Of a stretch of DNA of 63,038 nt, positions 20,719-30,308 are shown piece by piece; the stretch's first letter is position 1; each line of letters starts with the position of its first letter. The DNA comes from Chitinophagaceae bacterium. Its GTDB lineage: Bacteria > Bacteroidota > Bacteroidia > Chitinophagales > Chitinophagaceae. The position numbers and the translations under genes are program-made. The notes under the pieces are model-generated. The model had not been told where the DNA came from. It worked only from the letters and a program-made list of their open reading frames with translations, and did no database searches. Location of the stretch: assembly GCA_043747955.1 (NCBI GenBank), contig JAYTOF010000159.1:1-63038 (forward strand), given 5' to 3'.

Positions 20719-21996
20719 CTAACTTAATTCGGGGTATAGTGGAAACTGCTGCATAAAATCCCTCACCTCTTTTTTTACTGATGAAACCATATTTTCATCA
20801 TCTATATTCATTAAAACCTGATCAATAAAATCAACCACTGCCTGCATGTGTTCTTCTTTCATGCCACGGGTGGTAATAGCAGGTACTCCTATACGGATGC
20901 CGGAGGTTACAAACGGGCTTTTATCATCATAAGGGACAGCATTTTTATTTAAAGTGATATGTGCTTTGTCTAAAGTTTCCTGTGCTTTTTTTCCGGTGAT
21001 ATTCTTATTTCTAAGGTCTATCAGCATCAAATGATTGTCGGTACCGCCACTAATGAGATCATATCCTTTGTTTACAAAAGCTTTAGCCATTGCCTGTGCA
21101 TTACTTATGATCTGTTTTCCATAGATCTTGAAATCTTCTGACAAAATTTCACCAAAAGCAACTGCTTTTGCAGCGATCACATGTTCGAGCGGCCCTCCCT
21201 GTGTGCCTGGAAAAACAGCCAGATCAAGCAATGAACTCATCATCCGTAAATTTCCTTTCGGGTCTTTTATTCCCCAGGGATTTTCAAAGTCGTGCCGCAG
21301 CATGATGATACCACCCCTGGGCCCACGTAATGTTTTATGTGTGGTTGACGTAACGATATGACAGTGATCAAAAGGGTCATTTAATAAACCAGCTGCAATT
21401 AAACCGGCAGGATGGGCAATATCGGCAAATACCACTGCGTCGATCTCATCGGCTATGGCACGGATACGCTTGTAATCCCATTCACGGCTGTAAGCTGATG
21501 CGCCGCAGATGATCATCTTAGGTTTTTCTGAACGGGCCTTTGATTCCAGTTGTTCATAATCAACAAAACCTTCTTTGGTTACACCATAATGAATAGCCTG
21601 GTAAGTTTTTCCACTGAAGTTGGCCGAACTCCCATGCGTAAGATGCCCGCCCATATTCAGGTCAAGGCCTAAAAATTTTTCTCCGGGTTTCATCACAGCA
21701 AGAAAAACAGCACCGTTTGCCTGTGCACCGCTATGTGGTTGTACGTTTGCCCAACGGGCATCAAAGATTTTTTTTAATCTTTCAATGGCTATGTTTTCAA
21801 TTTCATCTACAATTTCACAACCCCCATAATATCTTTTTCCCGGATATCCCTCAGCGTATTTATTGGTTAATGAAGTACCCATTGCCTGCATTACCTGTAA
21901 ACTTGTAAAATTTTCTGAAGCGATCAGTTCAATACCATTTTGCTGGCGTTCAAGTTCTTTATCAATTAAATCAAAAATCAAACTATCTTTTTGCAT
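20719..21996 (-). CDS. glyA: Serine hydroxymethyltransferase
   Basis: [43 protein letters not shown]. Confidence 0.98.
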   Translation of the reverse strand: MQKDSLIFDLIDKELERQQNGIELIASENFTSLQVMQAMGTSLTNKYAEGYPGKRYYGGCEIVDEIENIAIERLKKIFDARWANVQPHSGAQANGAVFLAVMKPGEKFLGLDLNMGGHLTHGSSANFSGKTYQAIHYGVTKEGFVDYEQLESKARSEKPKMIICGASAYSREWDYKRIRAIADEIDAVVFADIAHPAGLIAAGLLNDPFDHCHIVTSTTHKTLRGPRGGIIMLRHDFENPWGIKDPKGNLRMMSSLLDLAVFPGTQGGPLEHVIAAKAVAFGEILSEDFKIYGKQIISNAQAMAKAFVNKGYDLISGGTDNHLMLIDLRNKNITGKKAQETLDKAHITLNKNAVPYDDKSPFVTSGIRIGVPAITTRGMKEEHMQAVVDFIDQVLMNIDDENMVSSVKKEVRDFMQQFPLYPELS

Positions 21997-22019
21997 ATGT
22001 TATGTATGTGTTAGAAACG

Positions 22020-22027
22020 CAAATATA
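22020..22027 (-). promoter_or_regulatory. Bacteroidota -7 promoter box for glyA
   Basis: caaatata = TATATTTG on minus strand, ~24 nt upstream of ATG. Similar TAnnTTTG boxes at 13074(+), 13863(+), 17372(+), 24296(+), 30253(-), 32394(-), 36295(-). Confidence 0.65.
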
Positions 22028-22183
22028 AGCAGCGCCGGTTACTTTTATAAATTGATTATATCCTGCGTAATAGTATATGTATTGTATTTACTTAAAATTT
22101 ACTACTTTCACACCCGTTTCAAGTTTTAAGAAAAATACAATTGTGAACTAAATGTACTGCCCATGGCAGATTAGTTTTAAACA

Positions 22184-23191
22184 ATGAAGGCAATTATTCC
22201 AGTAGCGGGTGCAGGTACTAAGCTTCGTCCGCATACCTATACCCAGCCCAAAGCATTAATTCCCCTGGCAGGAAAAACCATACTTAGTATTATTGTAGAT
22301 CAGCTGCATGAAGCCGGAATAAAAGATTTTATTTTTATTATTGGTTACCTGGGAGAAAAGATACAGGATTATGTTCAGGAAAAGTACCCTCATTTACACT
22401 GTCATTTCATTCTTCAAAGTGAGCGTTTTGGAATTGGACATGCAGTAAACCTTACCAGGGATATAGTAGGCAAAGAAGAGGTATTGATCGTTTTAGGAGA
22501 TACGATTGCCGAATACGATGTAAAAGAAGTAATGGATTCTCCTTTTTCTATGTTAGGGGTTAAGAAAGTAGATGATCCCAGGAATTTTGGTGTAGCCGAT
22601 ATTGAAGAGGATGGTTTTATAAGCCGTGTTGTAGAAAAACCCTCAATCCCAAAAAGTAATATGGCACTGGTAGGGGTTTATAAAATTAAAGAAACAAATT
22701 TTTTGTTTTCCTGCCTTGAAAAAATAATTGAAACAGAAACAAAAAGTTATGAGGAGTATAGTTTAACCGATGCCCTTGAATGTATGATTCAGAGTGGAGC
22801 CAGGTTTCAGTCATTTAAAGTGCAAAATTGGTTTGACTGTGGCAAAAAAGAAACTTTACTGGAATCAAATGCAACTTTGCTGAAAAAATTTGGCGGTAAT
22901 ATCTCAGAAGACCATCATTTTGAAAACACCATAATCATCCCGCCCGTTTCTATTGCTGACGGGTGTGATATAAAAAATTCAGTTATTGGCCCCAATGTTG
23001 CCATTGGAGAAAATTCTTCCCTTAATCATGCTATCATCAAAAATTCTATAATCGGGTCCTATTCAAACCTCTTTGAAATCGTTTTAAGCAATTCTCTTAT
23101 CGGCAGCGATGCCGAAGTAAAAGGTGTAAACCGCAGCTTAAACATTGGTGATAATACAGCCATTGACCTTAGTGGCGGAAGCAGAACGTAG
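22184..23191 (+). CDS. Sugar-phosphate nucleotidyltransferase (glucose-1-P thymidylyltransferase long-form-like)
   Basis: PVAGAGTKLRPHT..PK, LGDT, VEKP, WFDCG; C-terminal hexapeptide beta-helix. Confidence 0.85.
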   Translation: MKAIIPVAGAGTKLRPHTYTQPKALIPLAGKTILSIIVDQLHEAGIKDFIFIIGYLGEKIQDYVQEKYPHLHCHFILQSERFGIGHAVNLTRDIVGKEEVLIVLGDTIAEYDVKEVMDSPFSMLGVKKVDDPRNFGVADIEEDGFISRVVEKPSIPKSNMALVGVYKIKETNFLFSCLEKIIETETKSYEEYSLTDALECMIQSGARFQSFKVQNWFDCGKKETLLESNATLLKKFGGNISEDHHFENTIIIPPVSIADGCDIKNSVIGPNVAIGENSSLNHAIIKNSIIGSYSNLFEIVLSNSLIGSDAEVKGVNRSLNIGDNTAIDLSGGSRT

Positions 23192-23351
23192 CCTGTTCAG
23201 ATTATTTTTCATTGTACAACTTCTTATTTTTTTGGGTTTTTACAAAAAAAGGGGCGGGATGTAAAATAAATTCTTTTACTTTGCGTTTCAAAGTACTTTC
23301 TGTTTGTTTATTATTTTTAACGATATTTGAAAAAAAAGATATTTAATATAA

Positions 23352-24290
23352 ATGCAAAACCGCTTAACATCACTGTTTAATATAGATTATCCCATAGTTC
23401 AGGCAGGTATGATATGGGCAAGTGGATGGCGGTTGGCGAGTGCAGTAAGTAATGCGGGGGCTTTGGGCATAATAGGAAGCGGAAGTATGTATCCGGATAT
23501 ACTGCGGGAGCATATTCAGAAATGTAAAACAGCAACAAAAAAACCCTTTGCAGTAAATGTGCCCCTGTTATATCCTGATATTGAAAAACACATCCGGGTC
23601 ATTATTGAAGAAAAAGTTTCCATTGTATTTACTTCTGCAGGTAATCCCAATAACTGGACATCCATATTAAAACATGAAGGAATTAAAGTAGTACATGTTG
23701 TCAGCAGCAGTAAATATGCAATTAAAGCGCAGGAATCCGGCTGTGATGCAGTTGTTGCAGAAGGTTTTGAAGCGGGAGGGCATAACGGAAGAGAGGAAAC
23801 CACTACCATGGTTTTAGTACCTGCAGTTTGTGCTGCTGTAGATATTCCTGTACTGGCGGCAGGGGGTATTGCAACCGGAAGACAAATGCTGGCTGCCATG
23901 ATCTTAGGTGCAGATGGGGTTCAGGTTGGCAGCAGGTTTGTTGCCAGCCATGAAGCTTCATCACATGAAAAGTTTAAAGACCTCGTAATAACTGCAAAAG
24001 AAGGAGATACCCAATTAACGTTAAAACAGGTGACCCCGGTGAGAATGTTAAAGAATAATTTTTTTTTACAGGTACAACAGGCAGAACAGGCTTGCGCATC
24101 GGCAGAAGAGCTGAAAAAATTATTAGGAAAAGGCAGGGCAAAAATGGGCATGTTTGAAGGTAATCTGGAGGAAGGCGAATTAGAGATAGGGCAGGCGAGT
24201 GCTTTAATAAATAAGATAAAACCTGCTGCAGAAATTGTTAAAGAAATGTGGAATGAGTTTGAAGAAGCATTAAGGCAGCCACTGAAATAA
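23352..24290 (+). CDS. Nitronate monooxygenase / FabK-like FMN-dependent enoyl-ACP reductase
   Basis: PIVQAGM, AVSNAGALG, EGFEAGGH, AAGGIATG, GVQVGSRF. Confidence 0.85.
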   Translation: MQNRLTSLFNIDYPIVQAGMIWASGWRLASAVSNAGALGIIGSGSMYPDILREHIQKCKTATKKPFAVNVPLLYPDIEKHIRVIIEEKVSIVFTSAGNPNNWTSILKHEGIKVVHVVSSSKYAIKAQESGCDAVVAEGFEAGGHNGREETTTMVLVPAVCAAVDIPVLAAGGIATGRQMLAAMILGADGVQVGSRFVASHEASSHEKFKDLVITAKEGDTQLTLKQVTPVRMLKNNFFLQVQQAEQACASAEELKKLLGKGRAKMGMFEGNLEEGELEIGQASALINKIKPAAEIVKEMWNEFEEALRQPLK

Positions 24291-24339
24291 ATTATTATAT
24301 TTGCGCATTATTAAAATTTTGTAAATCAACCCCCAACAG

Positions 24340-26748
24340 ATGTTATCAATATCAGGAAAAATGTATTCCCGTTATAATAAAGTGATTTTTATATTCAGCT
24401 TGTTTTTTTTCTTTGTAATCAAATTTACAAATGCCCAGATCATCAAAGATCCCAGTAATCCTAATATTCCTGAGTTACCCACTAATTTTACGCCCCCGCA
24501 GTTATATGACCTGTTAAAAGATAAAAATACAGATGGTAAAAAAACCGGCTCAGATAATAACAGCGTACTTAAAGATAAAATTGTAAAAGACAGCCTGGTT
24601 AAAGAGAATACACCCCAATCACAAAATATTACAGAAGACACCTATGGCATGAATTTATTCAGATCGGGTGTTGTGGCATCTATAACCGAACTGTCAACAC
24701 CTCCTTTAGATTATCCCATTGGTGTTTATGACCGGATCATAGTATCACTGTGGAATGGGGCAGAAGCTACCCTGGATTATACGGTAGCCAGAGATGGTTC
24801 TATCTTTCCTACAAGTATTGGTAAAATATACCTGCAGGGTTTAACATTTGAAAACGTACGTTCACTTTTAACACAGCGGTTTAAATCTTTTGTGCCTGCC
24901 AGCACAAATATTTCGGTATCGCTGGGACAACCCCGTACCATTTCCATAAATGTTGCAGGAGAAGTACAAAAACAGGGCCCTGTTACTGTTTCAGCTTTTA
25001 CCAATGCCTTTAATGTAATTGCATTGGCCGGCGGACCTACTAATCTGGCTAATCTTCGCGACATTCAAATTAAAAGAAATGGAAAGGTAATAGATGTGTT
25101 GGATGTTTATAAATATCTTACAACGGGTGATTTTGGAAAACACATTTACCTCGAAAATAATGATTTTGTAATTCTGCAAACAGTAGAAAAGAAAGTGAAG
25201 GCGGAGGGTAAGTTTAAAAGGCCTATGTTTTATCAATTGAAAAAGAATGAAGGGATGAAAGACCTTTTACGATATACCGGTGGATTGGAAAGAGATGCTT
25301 TTTCAAGTGGCGTAAAAGTATTTAGAACAGAATTGGAAAAGCAGACCATAAATGATGTTAATGTTACAGCTATTATTAATCCTACCAATGATGACCGTTT
25401 AAAAGGACAGGATTTTTCACTGGTAGATGGTGATATTATTAAAGTAATTGCTGTTAACCCGGGATTAATTAATAAAGTTGATATAAAAGGAGAGGTTTCT
25501 TACCCCGGACAATATGAAACCAGGAAAGGGGATAAGCTTTTTGACATCATAAACAGGGCCGGGGGTATTACCCGTAACACATACTTACCCAGGGCTTATA
25601 TTTTCAGGGGCGGCGGTGACAGTACTAATATTAAGGCAAGTAAGGTGGAGGTTGATTTAACTGATATTACCACCAATGATACTGCCAGTATATTTAATGT
25701 GGAATTATTTGCCAACGACCAGGTGCTGCTTTTTAACAGCAATCAGTTTGCTGATAAACAATATGTAGAAATATTTGGGGAGGTAAGGAAAGAAGGTAAA
25801 GTAAACAGGTATTTAGGAATGACCTTGCAGGATCTGCTGTATTTATCCGGGGGATTGAAACAGTCTGCCGAATATGGCAGGATTGAAATATCCAGTGTTG
25901 TTGATCTTGACTCTGCCAAAGGATTGCAGCAACCAACCCGAACGGTATTGCGTTCAATTAAAGTAATGCCAAACCTGGAGCTTGATAGTATTACAGGAAC
26001 AATTGAAATGAAACCTTATGATCAGGTGTATGTTAGAAAGAACCCAACATTTGAATTACAGCAATTAGTACAAATAAACGGATTGGTACAATATTCCGGG
26101 CCTTACCCGAGGCTTAGTAAATATGAACGCATTTCTTCTTATATCGAAAGAGCAGGAGGTATAAAAGAAAATGCAGATTTAAGCGGCGCCATTTTATACA
26201 GAAGGAAAACACAGTTCTTCAGGGAGAATGTTGCCGGTAAAGCTGGTTCATTAACCGATTCCATCGGCAGTATAGTTTTAGATTCGTCCAAAACCAGTCT
26301 TAGTGAAGTAGCCAATGAACCGGTTAGTATTGATCTGGCCCGGGCTTTAAAATATAAAAATACAAAGTATGATATCATCCTGCAGGATGGCGACGTTATT
26401 TTTATTCCGGAAATAAATCCGTTTGTTAAAGTAACAGGCATTGTTCAGTCGCCATTGAAATTAACATTCGATAAAGAACATACCAATGTTGGATTTTATG
26501 TAGATAAAGCCGGAGGCTATGGAATACGCCCATGGAAAAAAAGAATATTTGTAACCTATTCCAATGGTAAAAGCAGGCGTACCAGAAGCCTGTTCTTTAT
26601 ACATTTTTATCCAAAGGTAAAAGAGGGAGCCACCGTTAATGTACCCTTAAGACCCGAAGGGGCAGAAGTAACAGATGCTGTATTGCAGGTAGTACTTTCC
26701 AGTATCCCTATTGCAGTAGCTGCTTTCCTGGTTAAAATAATCAATTAA
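24340..26748 (+). CDS. Polysaccharide export protein with multiple SLBB domains (Wza/KpsD-like)
   Basis: DYPIGVYD poly_export domain; repeated GEV..PG / ..AGG SLBB units; C-terminal amphipathic helix. Confidence 0.85.
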   Translation: MLSISGKMYSRYNKVIFIFSLFFFFVIKFTNAQIIKDPSNPNIPELPTNFTPPQLYDLLKDKNTDGKKTGSDNNSVLKDKIVKDSLVKENTPQSQNITEDTYGMNLFRSGVVASITELSTPPLDYPIGVYDRIIVSLWNGAEATLDYTVARDGSIFPTSIGKIYLQGLTFENVRSLLTQRFKSFVPASTNISVSLGQPRTISINVAGEVQKQGPVTVSAFTNAFNVIALAGGPTNLANLRDIQIKRNGKVIDVLDVYKYLTTGDFGKHIYLENNDFVILQTVEKKVKAEGKFKRPMFYQLKKNEGMKDLLRYTGGLERDAFSSGVKVFRTELEKQTINDVNVTAIINPTNDDRLKGQDFSLVDGDIIKVIAVNPGLINKVDIKGEVSYPGQYETRKGDKLFDIINRAGGITRNTYLPRAYIFRGGGDSTNIKASKVEVDLTDITTNDTASIFNVELFANDQVLLFNSNQFADKQYVEIFGEVRKEGKVNRYLGMTLQDLLYLSGGLKQSAEYGRIEISSVVDLDSAKGLQQPTRTVLRSIKVMPNLELDSITGTIEMKPYDQVYVRKNPTFELQQLVQINGLVQYSGPYPRLSKYERISSYIERAGGIKENADLSGAILYRRKTQFFRENVAGKAGSLTDSIGSIVLDSSKTSLSEVANEPVSIDLARALKYKNTKYDIILQDGDVIFIPEINPFVKVTGIVQSPLKLTFDKEHTNVGFYVDKAGGYGIRPWKKRIFVTYSNGKSRRTRSLFFIHFYPKVKEGATVNVPLRPEGAEVTDAVLQVVLSSIPIAVAAFLVKIIN

Positions 26749-26776
26749 TGAACTTTGATAAAATTACACTTCTGAA

Positions 26777-27829
26777 ATGAATAATATAGAGCTTATAAAA
26801 AATCTATTACGAAGATTAAAAAAATACAGCTGGCTGATTGCCGTTATTGCTGGTTTATTTGGGGGACTATTTTTTTACATCGCCAGGCAAAGTGTCATGT
26901 TATATACTTCTACTGCTACTGTATTCCCTTTAAACAGTTCAACGGAAAGCAGCCCGGGATCAACAATCAGTAATCTTTTAGGTCTGGCTGATGTACCAAA
27001 ATCATTTAGTGGAGAGGCTTCAATTAACATTGTGGAGCTGGCAACCAGCCGAAGAACACGGGAAGCCGTTGCTATGGAAAGGGTTCCCTCTTTGAAAAAT
27101 AAAACCATTTCGGAATTATTGATCGAGGAAAATAACAGGTATACCGGTTTTATGCAGAATGAAACAATAGAACCTCCGGCTGACAGCCTGCAACAAAATA
27201 ATATCGCCAGTAACCTCTTAAGAGGTGCCTTTGTAGCAAAGATTAATAAAAATGGTATTCTTGAATTGCACTTTACCAATAGTAATAAGCAAATTGTACG
27301 GGAGGTAAGTTATGTTTATATTGAAAAACTCTCGGGGTTTTACATCGAACTGAAAAAGAAAAAAGCACAGATTGATTTTGAATTTGCAGTTAAAAAAGCA
27401 GATTCATTACTAACTGTTTTAAATGCATTGGATAAAAGGGCCATTACCCAGGATGAACAGACTTTTTTTACAAATGAAGAACGTAAAAGATATAGTTTAC
27501 CTAAAATTAACCTGGGCCAGGATAAAGCTACAGTGCAATCCCAATATTATTATGCGGTTAATAACCGGGAATCTGCGGCTTACAGGTTGCAAAAAGAAAC
27601 ACCCATTATTGAACCTTTAGACAGGCCGGAACCTCCTTATGATCAAACAAAAAAATCTAAAATAATTTACAGCCTTTTAGGATTGATATTAGGTACTTTC
27701 ATTGGCCTGTTAATTGTTAGCTGGAAAATAATTAACCAGTATTTCAGTGAAGAATTAAATAAAGCGATCGAAAAAGCATCTAAGCCTAAAGTTGAATTTG
27801 TAAAACCGCAAACTGAACCTATCAAATAA
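26777..27829 (+). CDS. Chain-length determinant / polysaccharide co-polymerase (Wzz-like)
   Basis: N- and C-terminal TM helices flanking a coiled-coil periplasmic domain; Pro-rich TPIIEPLDRPEPP before the last TM; follows Wza-like gene. Confidence 0.7.
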   Translation: MNNIELIKNLLRRLKKYSWLIAVIAGLFGGLFFYIARQSVMLYTSTATVFPLNSSTESSPGSTISNLLGLADVPKSFSGEASINIVELATSRRTREAVAMERVPSLKNKTISELLIEENNRYTGFMQNETIEPPADSLQQNNIASNLLRGAFVAKINKNGILELHFTNSNKQIVREVSYVYIEKLSGFYIELKKKKAQIDFEFAVKKADSLLTVLNALDKRAITQDEQTFFTNEERKRYSLPKINLGQDKATVQSQYYYAVNNRESAAYRLQKETPIIEPLDRPEPPYDQTKKSKIIYSLLGLILGTFIGLLIVSWKIINQYFSEELNKAIEKASKPKVEFVKPQTEPIK

Positions 27830-27853
27830 ATTATAGAACCTGTATCAGGAGAA

Positions 27854-27950
27854 TGTCAAGTTAAGCCTGCCTACCGTACAGGCAGGCATGTTGAAACATA
27901 TTTGAATATAAAAAGTTTGGTAAAAGGACTTCGGCAAGCTCAGTAAGTCA
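27854..27950. repeat. Decayed REP-like inverted doublet with a nested 21-nt palindrome (27866-27886)
   Basis: gcctgcct-accgtac-aggcaggc perfect 8-bp stem; flanking arm tgtcaagttaag|catgttgaaac is an imperfect inverted match (12/23) to acttcggcaagctcagtaagtca. Confidence 0.6.
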
Positions 27951-27978
27951 GTAATGTTTGACTTTTGAGAAAGTCTTT

Positions 27979-29277
27979 TTATTTCCTGAAAGTCCACTTG
28001 ATCATTTCTTTCCAGCTAGGTTTTTTACCATACATTAATATGCCGGTTCGGTAGATCTTTCCGGCCATCCAGGTAGTAAATAAAAAGCCGGCAATTAATA
28101 ATACCATCGATAATGCCAGTTGCCACCAGGGTGGCGAAGTAGCAATTCGGCCCATCATAACAATGGGTGAGGTAAAAGGGATCATGCTTCCCCAAAACAT
28201 AGCATCATTGTCGGGGGTATTTAAATTACTTGATAAAATAATAAAGCCAAAAATGATCGGCATCATGATCGGTAACATTAATGACTGCGCCTCCTGGGGA
28301 TCTTCATTCACAACACTCCCGACAGCTGCAAACAAAGCTGAATAGAAAAGATATCCGCCAACAAAATAAAAAATGAAACAGGCAATGATCAGTGGCCAGT
28401 TCAGGCTGCTTACATTCGCTAATATTTTTGCTGCTTCGTTAAATTGTGCAGCATTATTGTTTACAACAGAAGGGTTATTTTGTATTTGTTGCACCTGGTT
28501 CATAATATCGCCTGGCAGAAATGCGCTTGCCGCAACTGATAAAGCACCCATTAAAATTATCCATAAAAGTAACTGTGTTAATCCAACTGCACCAATCCCT
28601 AATATTTTACCCAGCATTAATTGAAATGGTTTAACACTGCTAACCATCACTTCGGCAATACGATTGGTTTTTTCTTCCATTACACCCCTCATAACCATTG
28701 CACCAAAAATAAACATGGTGATATAAATTAAGATACCGCTTCCAAAACCAACTGCATAATTAATACCTGCATTTACGATCTTATCATCGCCCCCTTTATT
28801 ATCAACACTAAAATATCCCGATGATACTTTTTTAATGGAATCTAAATATTCCCTGCTTATACCGGATTGCTGTAACTGGTAATTCTGATAGGCCTCATTC
28901 AGTTTGTTTTCAATTGAACTTATTGTACCAATTGAAGCTGCTTTTGGTGTACGTAATATAAAATGATGATTAACGCTGTCATCGAGGTAAACATAGCCAT
29001 CAAAACCCTTTGCAGTATAGTTTGCTGTATCGGTACCCCGGTCATAAACAAAGCCCAGTTTAGAGGAACTGTCGTTTTTAAGCAGCGGTTTAAAAAAATC
29101 GGAGGAGTCTGAAAACGCAATTGTTTTATGTTTTTCTTCAGATTTAGCGGCTAAAAAAACACTGCCTGCTATAAACAGAACGATCATAAAGGGTAATAAA
29201 AAAGTTGAAAGCAGAAAAGTTTTATTGCGGACCCTGGTAATGTATTCGCGTTTTATTATGAGCCAAATTTTATTCAT
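27979..29277 (-). CDS. ABC-2 transporter permease (NatB/YhaP-like)
   Basis: MNKIWLIIKREY start (ATG 29277), EEKTNRIAEV..SSV, PFTSPIVM. Confidence 0.88.
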   Translation of the reverse strand: MNKIWLIIKREYITRVRNKTFLLSTFLLPFMIVLFIAGSVFLAAKSEEKHKTIAFSDSSDFFKPLLKNDSSSKLGFVYDRGTDTANYTAKGFDGYVYLDDSVNHHFILRTPKAASIGTISSIENKLNEAYQNYQLQQSGISREYLDSIKKVSSGYFSVDNKGGDDKIVNAGINYAVGFGSGILIYITMFIFGAMVMRGVMEEKTNRIAEVMVSSVKPFQLMLGKILGIGAVGLTQLLLWIILMGALSVAASAFLPGDIMNQVQQIQNNPSVVNNNAAQFNEAAKILANVSSLNWPLIIACFIFYFVGGYLFYSALFAAVGSVVNEDPQEAQSLMLPIMMPIIFGFIILSSNLNTPDNDAMFWGSMIPFTSPIVMMGRIATSPPWWQLALSMVLLIAGFLFTTWMAGKIYRTGILMYGKKPSWKEMIKWTFRK

Positions 29278-29299
29278 GTCTGGTAAAATTATAAGTTTA

Positions 29300-30226
29300 T
29301 TAAATTGCCTGAAACTGGCGTGAGGTTTTTGTACCCTCAACCAATTTTATAAATATCCCGTTAAGGGAAGGCAGTACTTCGCTAAAGGTATTCACCGTTA
29401 TATTTTTAGAAATAAAATACTGCAGTATATCATTTGTTTTGGTGCCGGGTGACAGTTTTATCAATATTTCATCAGGTTGATGTTTAATAACCTCAAAAGC
29501 CTGGTTTATTAAATGCTCAGGCAAAATGGCTGCGCCTATCCGGTAAATATTTTCTTTAAATTCGTTTTTTATACCGTTTACTGTGCCATCTAATATTTTT
29601 TGTCCTTTATTCACCAGTACAATATGGTTGCAGATCTCCTCCACCTGTTCCATTCTGTGTGTACTGAAAATAATGGTGCTGCCTTTTTGGGCCAGGTTAA
29701 AAATTACATCCTTTATCAGGTTGGCATTTACAGGATCTAATCCACTAAAAGGCTCATCTAAAATAATTAATTTAGGTTCGTGTAAAACGGTTGTTACAAA
29801 TTGTAATTTCTGGCTCATTCCTTTACTTAGATCTTCAACTTTTTTGTTCCACCAGCTTTCCATTTCAAATTTCACAAACCAGGCTTTTAGTTTACTCATG
29901 GCTTCTGCCTTACTGAGCCCTTTTAATTGTGCTAAATAAACAGCCTGTTCCCCGATTTTCATTTTTTTGTACAACCCCCTTTCTTCGGGCATATAACCAA
30001 TAAATGCAGTATCATTAACTGGGTCAAATTTTTTGCCATTAAAAATAACGTCACCACTGTCGGGATAAAAAATACCGGTGATCATCCGCAGCAGGGTGGT
30101 TTTACCGGCACCATTAGGGCCCAGCAATCCAAAAATATCTCCTTGCCTTATATCAAAACTGATATCGTCCACTGCTTTTTGAGAAGCAAAATATTTTTTA
30201 AGATTGTGTAATTCTAAAATATTCAT
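29300..30226 (-). CDS. ABC transporter ATP-binding protein (NatA/YhaQ-like)
   Basis: GPNGAGKTT, YMPEERGLY, LSKGMSQK, LDEPFSGLDP. Confidence 0.92.
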   Translation of the reverse strand: MNILELHNLKKYFASQKAVDDISFDIRQGDIFGLLGPNGAGKTTLLRMITGIFYPDSGDVIFNGKKFDPVNDTAFIGYMPEERGLYKKMKIGEQAVYLAQLKGLSKAEAMSKLKAWFVKFEMESWWNKKVEDLSKGMSQKLQFVTTVLHEPKLIILDEPFSGLDPVNANLIKDVIFNLAQKGSTIIFSTHRMEQVEEICNHIVLVNKGQKILDGTVNGIKNEFKENIYRIGAAILPEHLINQAFEVIKHQPDEILIKLSPGTKTNDILQYFISKNITVNTFSEVLPSLNGIFIKLVEGTKTSRQFQAI

Positions 30227-30308
30227 ATTAAATAAGGTTATTTTAAGAATGTCAAATGTAAGTATCTATGAATGATAATACATGCTCATTTTATAAGTGG
30301 TCATTTAT

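Noticed and set aside
29278-29340. Extended start of the permease overlapping the ATPase gene
   Set aside because: The family-typical N-terminus begins at MNKIWLIIKREY (29277).
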